Of a DNA stretch of 64,000 bases, positions 9,527 to 20,258 are shown in pieces. Position 1 is the stretch's first letter. Each line of letters begins with the position of its first letter. Location of the stretch: positions 124,001-188,000 of IMG/VR virus record IMGVR_UViG_3300003877_000001, one strand, 5' to 3'. The notes under the pieces were generated by a model, which ran no database searches, was not told where the DNA came from, and worked only from the letters and a program-made list of their open reading frames with translations. The translations under genes and the position numbers were made by a program.

Positions 9527-9792
9527 TTTTTTAAAAAATCCTAACATATTGTAACAAAATTATATATATTTGCGTATACATAGTTACATATGGATAATTT
9601 AGAAAAAACAAGAGATGAAAATAGTCTTGAAACATTAAGAGAAGGGTTTATAATTTTTTGTGAATTTTATTTCAAAGATGATTTATTAATTCAAGACTAT
9701 ATTAGTGATATTCGATATTTAGAAGATAAAGTTGATACTAAAAAAAGTGTTGATGAAATTATAAATTTTATTAAAGAATTTAATAAAGAAAA

Positions 9793-10461
9793 ATGAAAGT
9801 TACAGTAGATGCAGTCGTATTCTCGTATTATGAAGATGAATTAAAAGTTCTTTTAATTAAAAGAGCATTTGAACCATACTTAGATATGTTTGCTTTAGCA
9901 GGGGGATTTCTTTTAGATAATGAAACAGCAGAGGATGGGGTACTTAGACAATTAAAGGAAGAAACCAATGTTGAGTTGGATTATTTAGAACAACTATGTA
10001 CATTTACTGATGTTGATCGTGATCCTAGAGAGAGAATAATCTCAATAGCACATTATGGATTAATTAATCCCAATAAACATAGTTTAATTACTAATATTCA
10101 TGCAAAAGAAGTTAAATGGTTTCCAACATATGGAATAAAATATATTCCATTAGCCTTTGACCATATGGGAATTTTTGAATATGCATTAGAGAGATTGAGA
10201 AATAAATTACAATACGAACCTATTGGTTTTGAATTATTACCAAAATATTTTACTATGAGTGAACTATTAGCATTATATAATGCAATATTAGGTAAAGAAT
10301 TAGATAGACGTAATTTTAATAAGAAAATATTAAGCTATGGATTACTTACAGAAACAACTTTCAAATCGGTGGGTGGTGTTGGTAAACCAGCAAAACTATA
10401 TGAGTTCAACAAAGAAAAGTACGATGAACTCAAAAAAACAGGATTAAACTTTGAATTGTAA
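9793..10461 (+). CDS. nrtR: NrtR-family regulator (Nudix + winged helix)
   Basis: VTVDAVVF..LLIKR, degenerate Nudix box, RDPRER, LAFDH, FTMSEL..LY..ILGKELDRRNF, GKPAKLY. Confidence 0.85.
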   Translation: MKVTVDAVVFSYYEDELKVLLIKRAFEPYLDMFALAGGFLLDNETAEDGVLRQLKEETNVELDYLEQLCTFTDVDRDPRERIISIAHYGLINPNKHSLITNIHAKEVKWFPTYGIKYIPLAFDHMGIFEYALERLRNKLQYEPIGFELLPKYFTMSELLALYNAILGKELDRRNFNKKILSYGLLTETTFKSVGGVGKPAKLYEFNKEKYDELKKTGLNFEL

Positions 10462-10581
10462 TAAGATAAATGCTCAATTTGTGGATATATTGCACCATTT
10501 GAATTGTTTGGCAATAAATGACCTATTTGTGGATTAGAGTATATTGATGATGACGAAGAAGAATATTACTAAATAAAAATT

Positions 10582-10976
10582 ATGAAAAGTGTAAATAATA
10601 AAATAAAGAAACCATTTGTATCAATAGGATTTGATGCAACAGGAAAATTAACATTTAATGTTGATTTAAACAAAACAAAACAAAAAAACTAAACACCGAA
10701 CAATTAGGTGATTTAGGTGGTGCATTTCAAGATGCATTCAATACCATTAATAATAGTGATAGGAAACCTGTATTACATATTTTTGATTTATATAAGAGAA
10801 AAACAGGAATTAATATTAAACCTATCACTATAATTGAATTGGAAGAAATTAAAACATATATTCGCAATGGTGAAAAATTGATGGCAGTTAAAATCTTTAA
10901 AGATTATACTTCTGAAGGTTTAAGACAATCAAAAGATTTTATTGATTTTTTAATTAACTATATGAAGTATTCATGA
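10582..10976 (+). pseudogene. frameshifted ORF with L7/L12 C-terminal-like motif
   Basis: Frame breaks in the AAAAC repeat near 10670-10690; C-terminus KLMAVKIFKDYTSEGLRQSKDFID. Confidence 0.45.
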
Positions 10977-11566
10977 TAGTACCAATAAGATTATATGGTG
11001 ATGTATGTTTAAAAGAAGAGGCGTATGATGTTGATCTTGAACAAGATGATAATATTGTTGATTTAGTTAAAGATTTATTTGATACATTAAATACATCAGG
11101 TTCTGGTGTTGGTTTAGCTGCTACTCAATTAGGTGTGCCTTTAAGAGTATTTGTTGCAAAACATAATGATTTTCAATCTGAATTCATTAATTCAGTAATT
11201 TTAACTAAAAGTGGTGAATTAGAATCAGCAGAAGAAGGATGCTTATCAATACCAAATGTTGGTATTGATATTGAAAGACCTAAAGCAATTACATTATCAT
11301 ATCAAGTTTTAGATGATGGTGTATTAATTAATAAGACAGAAGAATTTGAAGGTTATATTGCTAGAATAATTCAACACGAAATTGATCATCTTAATGGGAT
11401 ATGTATAACAGATAAAGTTAAAGGGTTAGCAAGAACAATATTACAACCAAAATTGAAAAAGATATTGTTAGGTAGAACACAATATAGATATCCTACACTA
11501 CATAAAACATATCCAGATTATAAAAATGTAAGTGAAGAAATAATTAATAAATATATAAAAGAATGA
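10973..11566 (+). CDS. def: peptide deformylase
   Basis: GVGLAATQ, EGCLS, QHEIDHLNG. Confidence 0.95.
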   Translation: MIVPIRLYGDVCLKEEAYDVDLEQDDNIVDLVKDLFDTLNTSGSGVGLAATQLGVPLRVFVAKHNDFQSEFINSVILTKSGELESAEEGCLSIPNVGIDIERPKAITLSYQVLDDGVLINKTEEFEGYIARIIQHEIDHLNGICITDKVKGLARTILQPKLKKILLGRTQYRYPTLHKTYPDYKNVSEEIINKYIKE

Positions 11567-11952
11567 CGGTACAAAACACAATAATGACTGATCTTAAAAT
11601 AGCCATGAAAAATGGACAAACAAACGCAAAAAATTTATTGCGAGTTGTTATTGGTGAATTTAACAGAGAAGGTAAAACAGTATCTGATGAAAGAGCAATT
11701 GCTATTATGAAAAAAATGGTTGAAAATGCTAAAGATCAAGGAAATGAAATTGAAGTAACTATTCTTGAAGCATATCTTCCACAACAAATGGACGAATTTG
11801 AACTTAAAAGAGTTTTAATGAATCACATTATGAATTTAAATTCACCTTCCATGAAAGATATGGGGAGAGTTATGGGTGAATTAAAAGTAGTATATGGTGG
11901 ACAATATGATGGTAAAATGGCATCTACTATTGTTAGAGAATTATTAAAATAA
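11563..11952 (+). CDS. GatB/YqeY domain protein
   Basis: DLKIAMK, EVTILEAYLPQQM, MKDMGRVMG..DGK. Confidence 0.85.
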   Translation: MTVQNTIMTDLKIAMKNGQTNAKNLLRVVIGEFNREGKTVSDERAIAIMKKMVENAKDQGNEIEVTILEAYLPQQMDEFELKRVLMNHIMNLNSPSMKDMGRVMGELKVVYGGQYDGKMASTIVRELLK

Positions 11953-12351
11953 TGAAATTATTTGATGTAATTATAGATGGTGGTTATAAGGGACATTATG
12001 TTGAAGCTAATGGATATGATGAAGCAGCTAATAAATTGTTAAAATTTTTAAAATTTGAAAATGAAACAAAATCTGTTTTAGATGATGATGGGTCACTTAA
12101 AAAAGATGTGAATGATATTGAAGTGATATCAGTGAAAATAGTTGCTGATTTTATAATAAAATAAAAGAGGGTATTACAAAGCTAGTTGAGAATGTGACGG
12201 TATTAGTGCAGAAGAGGTCAATAGGTAAGGAGTATAATGAAGCAATAGTCATTCAAATTATACAAATCAGTCCGAACAACTAAAAGTGACTTACCCTTTT
12301 TTTATTTAAATAAATAGGTTTTACCCTTAGAAAATAGAAATTACCCTTGGT

Positions 12352-12690
12352 ATGAACAAAAAAAAGAAAATACGACAAAATTTTAGAGATTCCGTGTTTG
12401 CACGTGATAAACATAAGTGTCGTAAATGTGGTGCAGAAAACGTTGATTTAGATGCACATCACATTACAGATAGAAATAAAATGCCAAATGGTGGATATAT
12501 TAAAGAAAATGGTATATCTTTGTGTCAAGAAGAATGTCATATTAAAGCAGAAGAATTTCATTCTTCAAATGGTGAACATTGTGAAAAGGGTTTTCATCCT
12601 AATGATCTTTATGAATTAATTGGATCAAGTGAAAAAGAAGCATTCGATGCATCAATAATGTTAACCAAAAATGGTTTGATAAATATGTAA
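12352..12690 (+). CDS. HNH domain protein
   Basis: RDKHKCRKCG..LDAHHI..NGISLC..CH. Confidence 0.8.
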   Translation: MNKKKKIRQNFRDSVFARDKHKCRKCGAENVDLDAHHITDRNKMPNGGYIKENGISLCQEECHIKAEEFHSSNGEHCEKGFHPNDLYELIGSSEKEAFDASIMLTKNGLINM

Positions 12691-12994
12691 TTCAAGAATG
12701 TGTAGTATCTCAAATTAGATAAAATTATGAAAGCAACAGAAGCAAGAGCATTAGCATATAAAAAAAATATAAATGATACAAATAGTCAATATGCTAAAAT
12801 TATAGAAAAAATAATTTTTGAAGCAAAAAAAGGTAATTATAATATGGATTGGTATGAATCATTTAATGATGTTGTTCGAGAAAAATTAGAATCACAAGGA
12901 TATATTGTTGGAAAAACCCATCACGATCAACGAGATGGTTCTACAACAAAAATAAAATGGTAACCTTTAGGACATCCTAAACGTATATACTAAT

Positions 12995-13627
12995 ATGAAT
13001 TATTTAGAAGCAACAAAATATCCAAAGACAATGCATTTTGATTTCTCTGAATCATTACAAAATGATGATAGAAGATTAACGACATTGGAAGGTTTCATTG
13101 GTAAACGAGTAATCGTTACCGAGAAACTTGATGGAGAAAATTCGACAATTTACAATGACTATTACCATCCAAGATCGGTAATTGATGATGGTCATGAATC
13201 TAGAAATTGGCTTAAAGGGTATATACCCAATTTTCAGTATAAAATTCCTAAATATTGGAGGGTATGTGGTGAAAGTATGTATGCTGAACATTCAATAAAA
13301 TATGAAGAATTAAACACATTCTTCTATGCTTTTAGCATGTGGGATAATTTAAATATGTGTATCTCTTGGGATGAATTTGAACACCATTGTGATATATTAG
13401 ATATTGAACACGTTCCTGTTCTTTATGATGGTGTTTTCGATTATGTTAAAATAAAAGAGATTTATGAAAATTTAGATTTTAATAAACAAGAAGGTATTGT
13501 TGTTAGAGTTGCTTGTAAATTTCGTTATGATGAATTTCAAACACATACTGCCAAAGCAGTTAGACCTGCACATGTATCAACAGATGAACATTGGAAAAAA
13601 ACTTGGAAACCAAATAAATTAAAATAA
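12995..13627 (+). CDS. second RNA ligase family protein
   Basis: KYPKT.H, TEKLDGEN, CGE, EGIVVR. Confidence 0.85.
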   Translation: MNYLEATKYPKTMHFDFSESLQNDDRRLTTLEGFIGKRVIVTEKLDGENSTIYNDYYHPRSVIDDGHESRNWLKGYIPNFQYKIPKYWRVCGESMYAEHSIKYEELNTFFYAFSMWDNLNMCISWDEFEHHCDILDIEHVPVLYDGVFDYVKIKEIYENLDFNKQEGIVVRVACKFRYDEFQTHTAKAVRPAHVSTDEHWKKTWKPNKLK

Positions 13628-13858
13628 TGGATAGAAATTGGATATTTAGAATATTAGGAATTGTAGTGAATTTTGCACTACTCTATATTGTTGGTGCATT
13701 TATTGCTTGGGATGCAAACCCATTGCATTGGTGGATAATAACATCGACATTAGGAAGAGTATTATTTATGTTTTTTGCTTTTGCAAATGTTGCAATAAAT
13801 TTAAGTGAAAATTTAAGTGATAATTAAAATAATAATGAAATTTATAAAAAATGTTTAG

Positions 13859-14323
13859 ATGAATAATAAACACATACGCATTTACATAGACATGGATAAT
13901 GTTTTATGTGATTATCAAAAAGCACATGACGAAGCAATAAAGAATAAACCTGAAATTGTTTATCCACAATCACAATATGGTTTCTTTAGAGATTTAGAAC
14001 CAACTAATTGTGCATTGATGGGATTTACTGTATTATCTAAAAACTTTGATGTTTGGATATTAACAGCACCATCAGTACAAAATCCAATGTGCTATACTGA
14101 AAAAAGAGAATGGGTAGAGAAAAATTTAGGTTTTGATGCTGCTAAACGATTAATATTATCACCAGATAAATCACTTTTAATTGGTGATTATCTTATTGAT
14201 GATATGGTAGAAGGTAGAGCAAAACAAAACGAATTTAATGGAACTCACATTGTTTTTGGGAATGAAGTATATCCTGATTGGTTATCAGTATTGGAATATT
14301 TCAAACAATACTTTAAAACATAA
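13859..14323 (+). CDS. 5'(3')-deoxyribonucleotidase (HAD)
   Basis: IYIDMDNVLCD, ILTAP, K..WV, GDYLIDD. Confidence 0.85.
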   Translation: MNNKHIRIYIDMDNVLCDYQKAHDEAIKNKPEIVYPQSQYGFFRDLEPTNCALMGFTVLSKNFDVWILTAPSVQNPMCYTEKREWVEKNLGFDAAKRLILSPDKSLLIGDYLIDDMVEGRAKQNEFNGTHIVFGNEVYPDWLSVLEYFKQYFKT

Positions 14324-14397
14324 AAACATGAAAAATTACGAAGAACTAACAATACTTTAAAACATAAAAACATGAAAAATTACGAAGAACTAACAAT
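14304..14397 (+). repeat. 44-bp exact tandem duplication spanning a gene junction
   Basis: AACAATACTTTAAAACATAAAAACATGAAAAATTACGAAGAACT twice; ATGs at 14328 and 14372. Confidence 0.85.
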
Positions 14398-14836
14398 TGA
14401 ATTAATTGATTATTATAAAAATAAATATGATGGTGAATTAATTATAAAATCAATTGAATACAAAACAGTATATATTAATGGAAATCATATTAAAAAATTA
14501 GAACATGTCTATGAAATTTATGTTCTTTTAGATTTATTAACCCCAAATGCAAATTCTTGGAATATTCCGAATTTTTTTAAAAGTAAAGTTTCTTTTGAAA
14601 ATGCAATTAAAATGTTTAAAGTTGCTGTAAATGGATATTTAGAAGCCTTATTAATTGAAAAAGAGTTTGTAGAAATAAGTTCAGAGAAAAGACTTTTAGT
14701 TGATTTATTATCAAAAGATATTAATTCTTTAAACGAAGAAGATTTTGATTTCATGATTTCACATTATCTAAAAATAGAAGAATATTTGAAAGTTCAAAAA
14801 TATGAAAATTTAAAAAAAAAATATTATGAAAAATAA
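14372..14836 (+). CDS. hypothetical protein
   Basis: 154-aa ORF overlapping the next start. Confidence 0.6.
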   Translation: MKNYEELTIELIDYYKNKYDGELIIKSIEYKTVYINGNHIKKLEHVYEIYVLLDLLTPNANSWNIPNFFKSKVSFENAIKMFKVAVNGYLEALLIEKEFVEISSEKRLLVDLLSKDINSLNEEDFDFMISHYLKIEEYLKVQKYENLKKKYYEK

Positions 14837-15734
14837 AAAAATAATTCTTCTCTGTGGAATCCCTGCTAGTGGAAAATCTACATGGGCAAATAAATTTATA
14901 TTAAATAATTCTAATTATGTTAGAATTAATAGAGATATGTATCGTTTAATGCTTGATGGTTCTCAAATAATGGATTTTAAGGGAGAAAAGTTAGTAACTG
15001 AATTAGTTAATAATGCAATTGTTTTGGCTACAAAGTCTAAGTATAACGTACTTGTTGACCAAACTAATGTTAACTTAAAGTACTTGAATGAAATGGTTGC
15101 ATTTTGTGAAAAAATTGCAGATGTTGAGTTTAAAATATTCGATATAACAGAAAAAGTCGCCATCGAAAGAGACTCAAATAGAGATGCTAAAGTAGGTGCA
15201 AAAGTAATCAAAAAAATGTACAAAAACTACTTAAATCTATTCTCTTCTAATTTCGATTTCTCAACAAGAAAAAGAAAACCACATATTGCTACCAACATCA
15301 AGTGGGAGCGTGATGGTACTTTACCAGATGCAGTGATTTTTGACATTGATAGTACTATAGCACATACTCAAGGTAAAAGAGGGATATTTGATTGGGATAA
15401 AGTTAATCTTGATATTGTAGATGAAATTGTTCTTGAAACAATTAAATCATATAAGGACTATGGTTATAAGATTATCTTTGTTACGGGTAGAGATGGTGTT
15501 TCACGAAAAATGACAGAAGATTGGTTAATACATAATAAAATACCTTTTGATATGTTATTCACTAAACCTAAAAATGATTTCAGAAAAGATATTATAAATA
15601 AAACAGAAATTTATCATAATTTCATTAAACCAAATTATAATGTATTAGCAGTTTATGATGACCGTAATTCTGTTTGTAAAATGTGGAGAAATTTAGGAGT
15701 AAAATGCTACCAAGTTCAAGAGGGTGATTTTTAA
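14826..15734 (+). CDS. pseT: polynucleotide 5'-kinase/3'-phosphatase
   Basis: P-loop GIPASGKST and RINRD; HAD FDIDST, VTGR, YDDR. Confidence 0.9.
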   Translation: MKNKKIILLCGIPASGKSTWANKFILNNSNYVRINRDMYRLMLDGSQIMDFKGEKLVTELVNNAIVLATKSKYNVLVDQTNVNLKYLNEMVAFCEKIADVEFKIFDITEKVAIERDSNRDAKVGAKVIKKMYKNYLNLFSSNFDFSTRKRKPHIATNIKWERDGTLPDAVIFDIDSTIAHTQGKRGIFDWDKVNLDIVDEIVLETIKSYKDYGYKIIFVTGRDGVSRKMTEDWLIHNKIPFDMLFTKPKNDFRKDIINKTEIYHNFIKPNYNVLAVYDDRNSVCKMWRNLGVKCYQVQEGDF

Positions 15735-15767
15735 TCCTCATTTTTTTTTTATTAAATAATAAATAAT

Positions 15768-16190
15768 ATGATAAAACAATTAGAAGTTTACAAGAAGTTT
15801 CAGATGAAATATCCTAAATCAATTTTAGGTGGTAGTTTTGGATTATTCCTTAGAGGAATTGATTTAAAAAGAAATTTAAAATATTCTGATTTGGATATTA
15901 CGACCCCTGAATTTACACCTAAAGGTGGATTAGATAATGATAAAAGTAGTTCAGAGGATTTTGACTTTACATTATATATACATAACAATAATCATTATCT
16001 TAAAATGGATATACGTGTAGTTGAAGACCATAAATATGATGTTGTAAATTACGAAGGATTTGACTTTAACGTAAAAACAAAGAAAGATATATTATATTGG
16101 AAACAACAATATGCTGAAAAGGGGGTAGAAAAACATATTGATGATTTAATAACAATAGCAACTGGTGTTAGACCCAAACGATCCATATGA
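15768..16190 (+). CDS. nucleotidyltransferase-like protein
   Basis: LGGSFGL...SDLDI motif. Confidence 0.5.
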   Translation: MIKQLEVYKKFQMKYPKSILGGSFGLFLRGIDLKRNLKYSDLDITTPEFTPKGGLDNDKSSSEDFDFTLYIHNNNHYLKMDIRVVEDHKYDVVNYEGFDFNVKTKKDILYWKQQYAEKGVEKHIDDLITIATGVRPKRSI

Positions 16191-16244
16191 TTTACCGTTT
16201 TAATAACTTATAAAATATTTTTAAAAATACTTGACTTTATTATT

Positions 16245-16310
16245 ATAATAGTGTAACTTTGACACATATTAAACGTATTTATAAATGAATTAGTGTATTA
16301 AATACATATA
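16245..16310 (+). promoter_or_regulatory. two candidate NrtR operators overlapping an ECF-like promoter
   Basis: TAGT-GT-aactttg-AC-ACATA and TAGT-GT-attaaat-AC-ATA (GT-N7-AC); TGTAAC-N16-CGTAT at 16252-16278. Confidence 0.6.
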
Positions 16311-16328
16311 GACTAAAATAGTTATATT

Positions 16329-17234
16329 ATGAGAGAAGAAATAAAAGAATATACAATCGGAGTTATAATTGGAAGATTCCAAATACATGAACTTCATGAT
16401 GCACATAAAGAGATGATTAGTGAAGTACTAAGTAGACACCAAAAGGTTATACTATTTTTAGGGGTATCACCTACATTATCAACAAGAAGAAATCCTTTAG
16501 ATTATCGCTCAAGAAAATTAATGATTGAAGAGATATATGGAAATGAAATGATTATCTTACCTATCAACGATAGAAAGTCTGATGAAATCTGGTCAGACCA
16601 AGTAGATAGTAAAATCAGAGAGGTAGAGCCAATTGGTTCTGTTGTATTATATGGATCAAGAGATTCATTTATTCCTCATTATAAAGGAAAGTATGATACT
16701 ATTGAATTAGTTCCTAAATCATTTATTTCTGCAAGCGAAGTAAGAAAAGAAATTTCTAAAAGAGTTGAAAGAAACAAAGATTTTAGAGCAGGAGTTATTT
16801 ACTCAACATATAATACATATCCAACAGTACATCCCGTTATAGATGTTGCCATTTTAAATGAAGATGCAACTGAAGTATTATTGGGAAGAAAAAAAAACGA
16901 ACAACTTTTTAGATTTGTTGGTGGATTTACCGATGTAACTGATGAATCGTATGAACAAACAGTTGTAAGAGAAGCACATGAAGAAACTGGTCTTGCTGTT
17001 GGTGATGTTAAATACATTACTTCAACAAGAGTAGATGATTGGAGATATAGATCAAATAATGAGCGTTCAGTAATGACTTCATTTTTCAAAGCAAAGAAAA
17101 TCTTTGGTATGGCAAAACCCAATGATGATATTGTAGCAGTTAAATGGCATCAAATTTATACTTTACGACCTAATGATGTTGTTGGTGAACACGAAAGATT
17201 GGTTGTTGCATTAAAAGAAAACTTAAAACTATAA
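16329..17234 (+). CDS. nadM: bifunctional NMN adenylyltransferase / Nudix ADP-ribose hydrolase
   Basis: GRFQ..H.AH, RNPL, ISASEVR; Nudix GGF..VREAHEETGL; DD. Confidence 0.9.
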   Translation: MREEIKEYTIGVIIGRFQIHELHDAHKEMISEVLSRHQKVILFLGVSPTLSTRRNPLDYRSRKLMIEEIYGNEMIILPINDRKSDEIWSDQVDSKIREVEPIGSVVLYGSRDSFIPHYKGKYDTIELVPKSFISASEVRKEISKRVERNKDFRAGVIYSTYNTYPTVHPVIDVAILNEDATEVLLGRKKNEQLFRFVGGFTDVTDESYEQTVVREAHEETGLAVGDVKYITSTRVDDWRYRSNNERSVMTSFFKAKKIFGMAKPNDDIVAVKWHQIYTLRPNDVVGEHERLVVALKENLKL

Positions 17235-17238
17235 AATC

Positions 17239-18726
17239 ATGAAAAATATAATAAATTTAATATTAAAAACAGATAGTTATAAATTAGGTCATTGGCAACA
17301 ATATCCAACAGGAATGAGAAAAGTGTATTCTTATATGGAAAGCAGAGGGGGTTTATTTCCTAAAACATTATTTACTGGATTAAACATTTATCTAAAAAAA
17401 TATCTCAAGGGTGCTGTTGTAACAATGGAAGATATTGATTATGCTGAAAAATTTACAGAAGAACATTTAGGTAGAAAACTATTTAATAGAGATAAGTGGG
17501 AATATATTGTTAAACGATATGGTGGTAAATTACCCATAAGAATTAAAGCAGTTAAAGAAGGTTCTTTAGTTCCAGTTAGTAATGTTTTATTGACAATAGA
17601 AAGTACCGACCACAATTGTTATTGGTTAACAAATGTTCTTGAAACTTTATTAATGAAACTATGGTATCCAACAACAGTAGCAACAAATGGATTTTATAGT
17701 AAACTTTTAATTAGTCAATATTTAAATAAAACAGCAGAAAACAAAGATTCTAATATTTGGAAATTACACGACTTTGGTTATAGAGGTGTATCTAGTGAAG
17801 AAACGGCAGGAATTGGTGGTATGGCACATCTTATTAACTTTAAGGGTAGTGACACCATTGAGGGAATTCTTTATGCTAGAGAGTATTATAATGAACATAT
17901 GGCAGGGTTTTCAGTTCCAGCGTCTGAACATTCAGTAGCATCTTCATTTGGTAAAGATTTCGAAGAAGAATATTTTTTAAATATGTTAAAACAATACCCA
18001 ACAGGTTTAGTATCAATAGTATCAGATACATATAGTGTTTTTAATTTTGTAGAAACAATGTCAACGAAATATAGAAAAGAAATCATAGAAAGAGATGGGA
18101 CTGTGGTATTTAGACCAGATAGTGGGCATCCTGTTGAAATAAACTCAAGACTGATTGATTTACTTTGGAATAAATTTGGTGGAACATATGTAAATGGTTA
18201 TAAATTATTAGATTCTCATGTAAGACTAATCCAAGGTGATGGTATTGACATTAAGATGATTAATGATATATTACATATGGGCGAACTTAAAGGATATTCT
18301 GCCGATAATTGGGTGTTTGGTTCAGGTGGTGCATTATTACAAAAGTGGACTAGAGATACTAATGAATTTGCAATTAAAGCATCCTATGGTGAAAGAGAAG
18401 TTGATGGAATTGTTAGTAAATTTTCAATAAGCAAAGACCCTATAACTTCTAAAAGTAAACGCTCAAAGGGTGGGATATTTAAATTAATACCAACAGAAGA
18501 TAGTTCATTCTTAACGATTTCATCTGAAAATTCAAAAGATAAAGGTACTTTTAGTAATTATGTTGATTGTTTAGATGTTGTATTTGAAAATGGTGAAATA
18601 AAAAGAGAGCAAACCATAGAAAATATTCGTAATATTGCAGATAATCATCTTGAAGTTGAATTAAAAGAAAATTACGATGTTATCGATAAACTAAATTTTG
18701 AAAAAAATTATGAAAAATTAAATTAA
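17239..18726 (+). CDS. nadV: nicotinamide phosphoribosyltransferase
   Basis: TDSYK..H, LHDFGYRG, PASEHS, VSDTY, RPDSG, IQGDG, FGSGG. Confidence 0.93.
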   Translation: MKNIINLILKTDSYKLGHWQQYPTGMRKVYSYMESRGGLFPKTLFTGLNIYLKKYLKGAVVTMEDIDYAEKFTEEHLGRKLFNRDKWEYIVKRYGGKLPIRIKAVKEGSLVPVSNVLLTIESTDHNCYWLTNVLETLLMKLWYPTTVATNGFYSKLLISQYLNKTAENKDSNIWKLHDFGYRGVSSEETAGIGGMAHLINFKGSDTIEGILYAREYYNEHMAGFSVPASEHSVASSFGKDFEEEYFLNMLKQYPTGLVSIVSDTYSVFNFVETMSTKYRKEIIERDGTVVFRPDSGHPVEINSRLIDLLWNKFGGTYVNGYKLLDSHVRLIQGDGIDIKMINDILHMGELKGYSADNWVFGSGGALLQKWTRDTNEFAIKASYGEREVDGIVSKFSISKDPITSKSKRSKGGIFKLIPTEDSSFLTISSENSKDKGTFSNYVDCLDVVFENGEIKREQTIENIRNIADNHLEVELKENYDVIDKLNFEKNYEKLN

Positions 18727-18743
18727 AAATTAAATTAAAAATT

Positions 18744-19940
18744 ATGAATTATCAAAATATACAATATAAACCATCTACATTGAATGCAATAATAAATGCA
18801 TTCAATGCTAAAAATTTACGTAATTGGAATGTATTATATTTTTACTTTGATATACACCAAACAATATTATATCCTGACTATAATAATGAAGAAGAATTAA
18901 AATTCTATCCATACATAAAAGAAATATTACAACATCTAAGTAAACAAAATGATATTGTACTTGGAATTTATACGTGTTCATATCCTGATCAAATAAAAAA
19001 ATATTTTAAATTTTTTGAAAAAAATAATATTAATTTTAAATATGTAAATAAAAATCCAGAAGCAATGAATACAAAATATGGGTATTATGTAGATAAACCA
19101 TATTTTAATGTCCTTTTTGACGATAAATGCGGTCTAAATGCTGAGATTGATTGGTATTTCATTGCAGAATATTTTGGTTTAATTAATAATTCTAAAAATG
19201 ATTATTATGTGTATGTATATCTCGATCCAAGAAAAAGTGGCTTTTATAATTCAGAAAGTTTCATTTTCCCAAACGAACCCTTTTATGTTGGTAAGGGTAA
19301 AAATAATAGACATTTTGACCATTTAAAAGAATCCGAACTGAACAAAGAAAACGGTAATATTATAAAACAAAGAAAAATAAAAAAAATATTATCATTAAAT
19401 AAAACTCCTATAATATATAAAATATTTGATAATGTTAACGAAAATTTTGCATACCATGTTGAAAATTTATTAATCCTAGATATTGGTAGAGTTAATAATA
19501 AAACAGGTGTTTTAACTAATCTAAATGACGGTGGATATGGTAACAAAAATTGTGCAATAACCAATAAAACAAAAGAAAAAATTTCTAAGTCGTTAAAAAA
19601 TTATCATATAAATAATCCTATTAGTGACGAAACTAAACAAAAAATTGGTGATGCTAATAGAGGTAGAAAATATTCTAAGGAATATATTAAACATCTTAAA
19701 GAAATAAGAAAAGGAACAAAAATTACCCATAGAAAAAAATATTATTTAATATCACCAACAAATGTTAAACATTCTTTTATAGGTAAAGATAGATTAATTG
19801 AATTTGTTAAAAAGGAAAATTTATCATATATAATTTTAATGAAAAAAATAAACAGTGGAAAAATTTTAAATTCCGATATTTTAAGAAAAACTCAACAAAC
19901 ATTAAATTCAATTGGGTGGGAAATAATAAAATCAAAATAA
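18744..19940 (+). CDS. HAD-like domain fused to GIY-YIG-like/NUMOD3 endonuclease
   Basis: N-terminal FDIHQTI..KPYFNVLFDDK; then YYVYVYLDPR..FYVGKG..R, LTNL.DGG, ETKQKIG. Confidence 0.7.
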   Translation: MNYQNIQYKPSTLNAIINAFNAKNLRNWNVLYFYFDIHQTILYPDYNNEEELKFYPYIKEILQHLSKQNDIVLGIYTCSYPDQIKKYFKFFEKNNINFKYVNKNPEAMNTKYGYYVDKPYFNVLFDDKCGLNAEIDWYFIAEYFGLINNSKNDYYVYVYLDPRKSGFYNSESFIFPNEPFYVGKGKNNRHFDHLKESELNKENGNIIKQRKIKKILSLNKTPIIYKIFDNVNENFAYHVENLLILDIGRVNNKTGVLTNLNDGGYGNKNCAITNKTKEKISKSLKNYHINNPISDETKQKIGDANRGRKYSKEYIKHLKEIRKGTKITHRKKYYLISPTNVKHSFIGKDRLIEFVKKENLSYIILMKKINSGKILNSDILRKTQQTLNSIGWEIIKSK

Positions 19941-19960
19941 AACGATAAGTATTTATTACT

Positions 19961-20239
19961 ATGGGATTTAATAATTTAATTGTAAACGGTAAAAAGGTAA
20001 TTGGTGTAAAACCTTGGACTAATAAACAAAGATTAAAAATTTATTGGTTAATTTGGTCATGGACATTATTTTTCATGTATCTAATAATTAGAATGTTAAT
20101 ATGGGAAGATATTTATCTTATTGCTGGTGAAGGTATATTAATGTTTATGTTATTTGCTTTATCTGTTGTTTTAACAATGGGTTGGTATCGTAAACAAGAA
20201 AGAAAAAACTATATTTACGAAGAAAAAAATAAATATTAA
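19961..20239 (+). CDS. small membrane protein
   Basis: Two hydrophobic segments. Confidence 0.6.
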   Translation: MGFNNLIVNGKKVIGVKPWTNKQRLKIYWLIWSWTLFFMYLIIRMLIWEDIYLIAGEGILMFMLFALSVVLTMGWYRKQERKNYIYEEKNKY

Positions 20240-20258
20240 AAAATACTTGCATGTTTGA

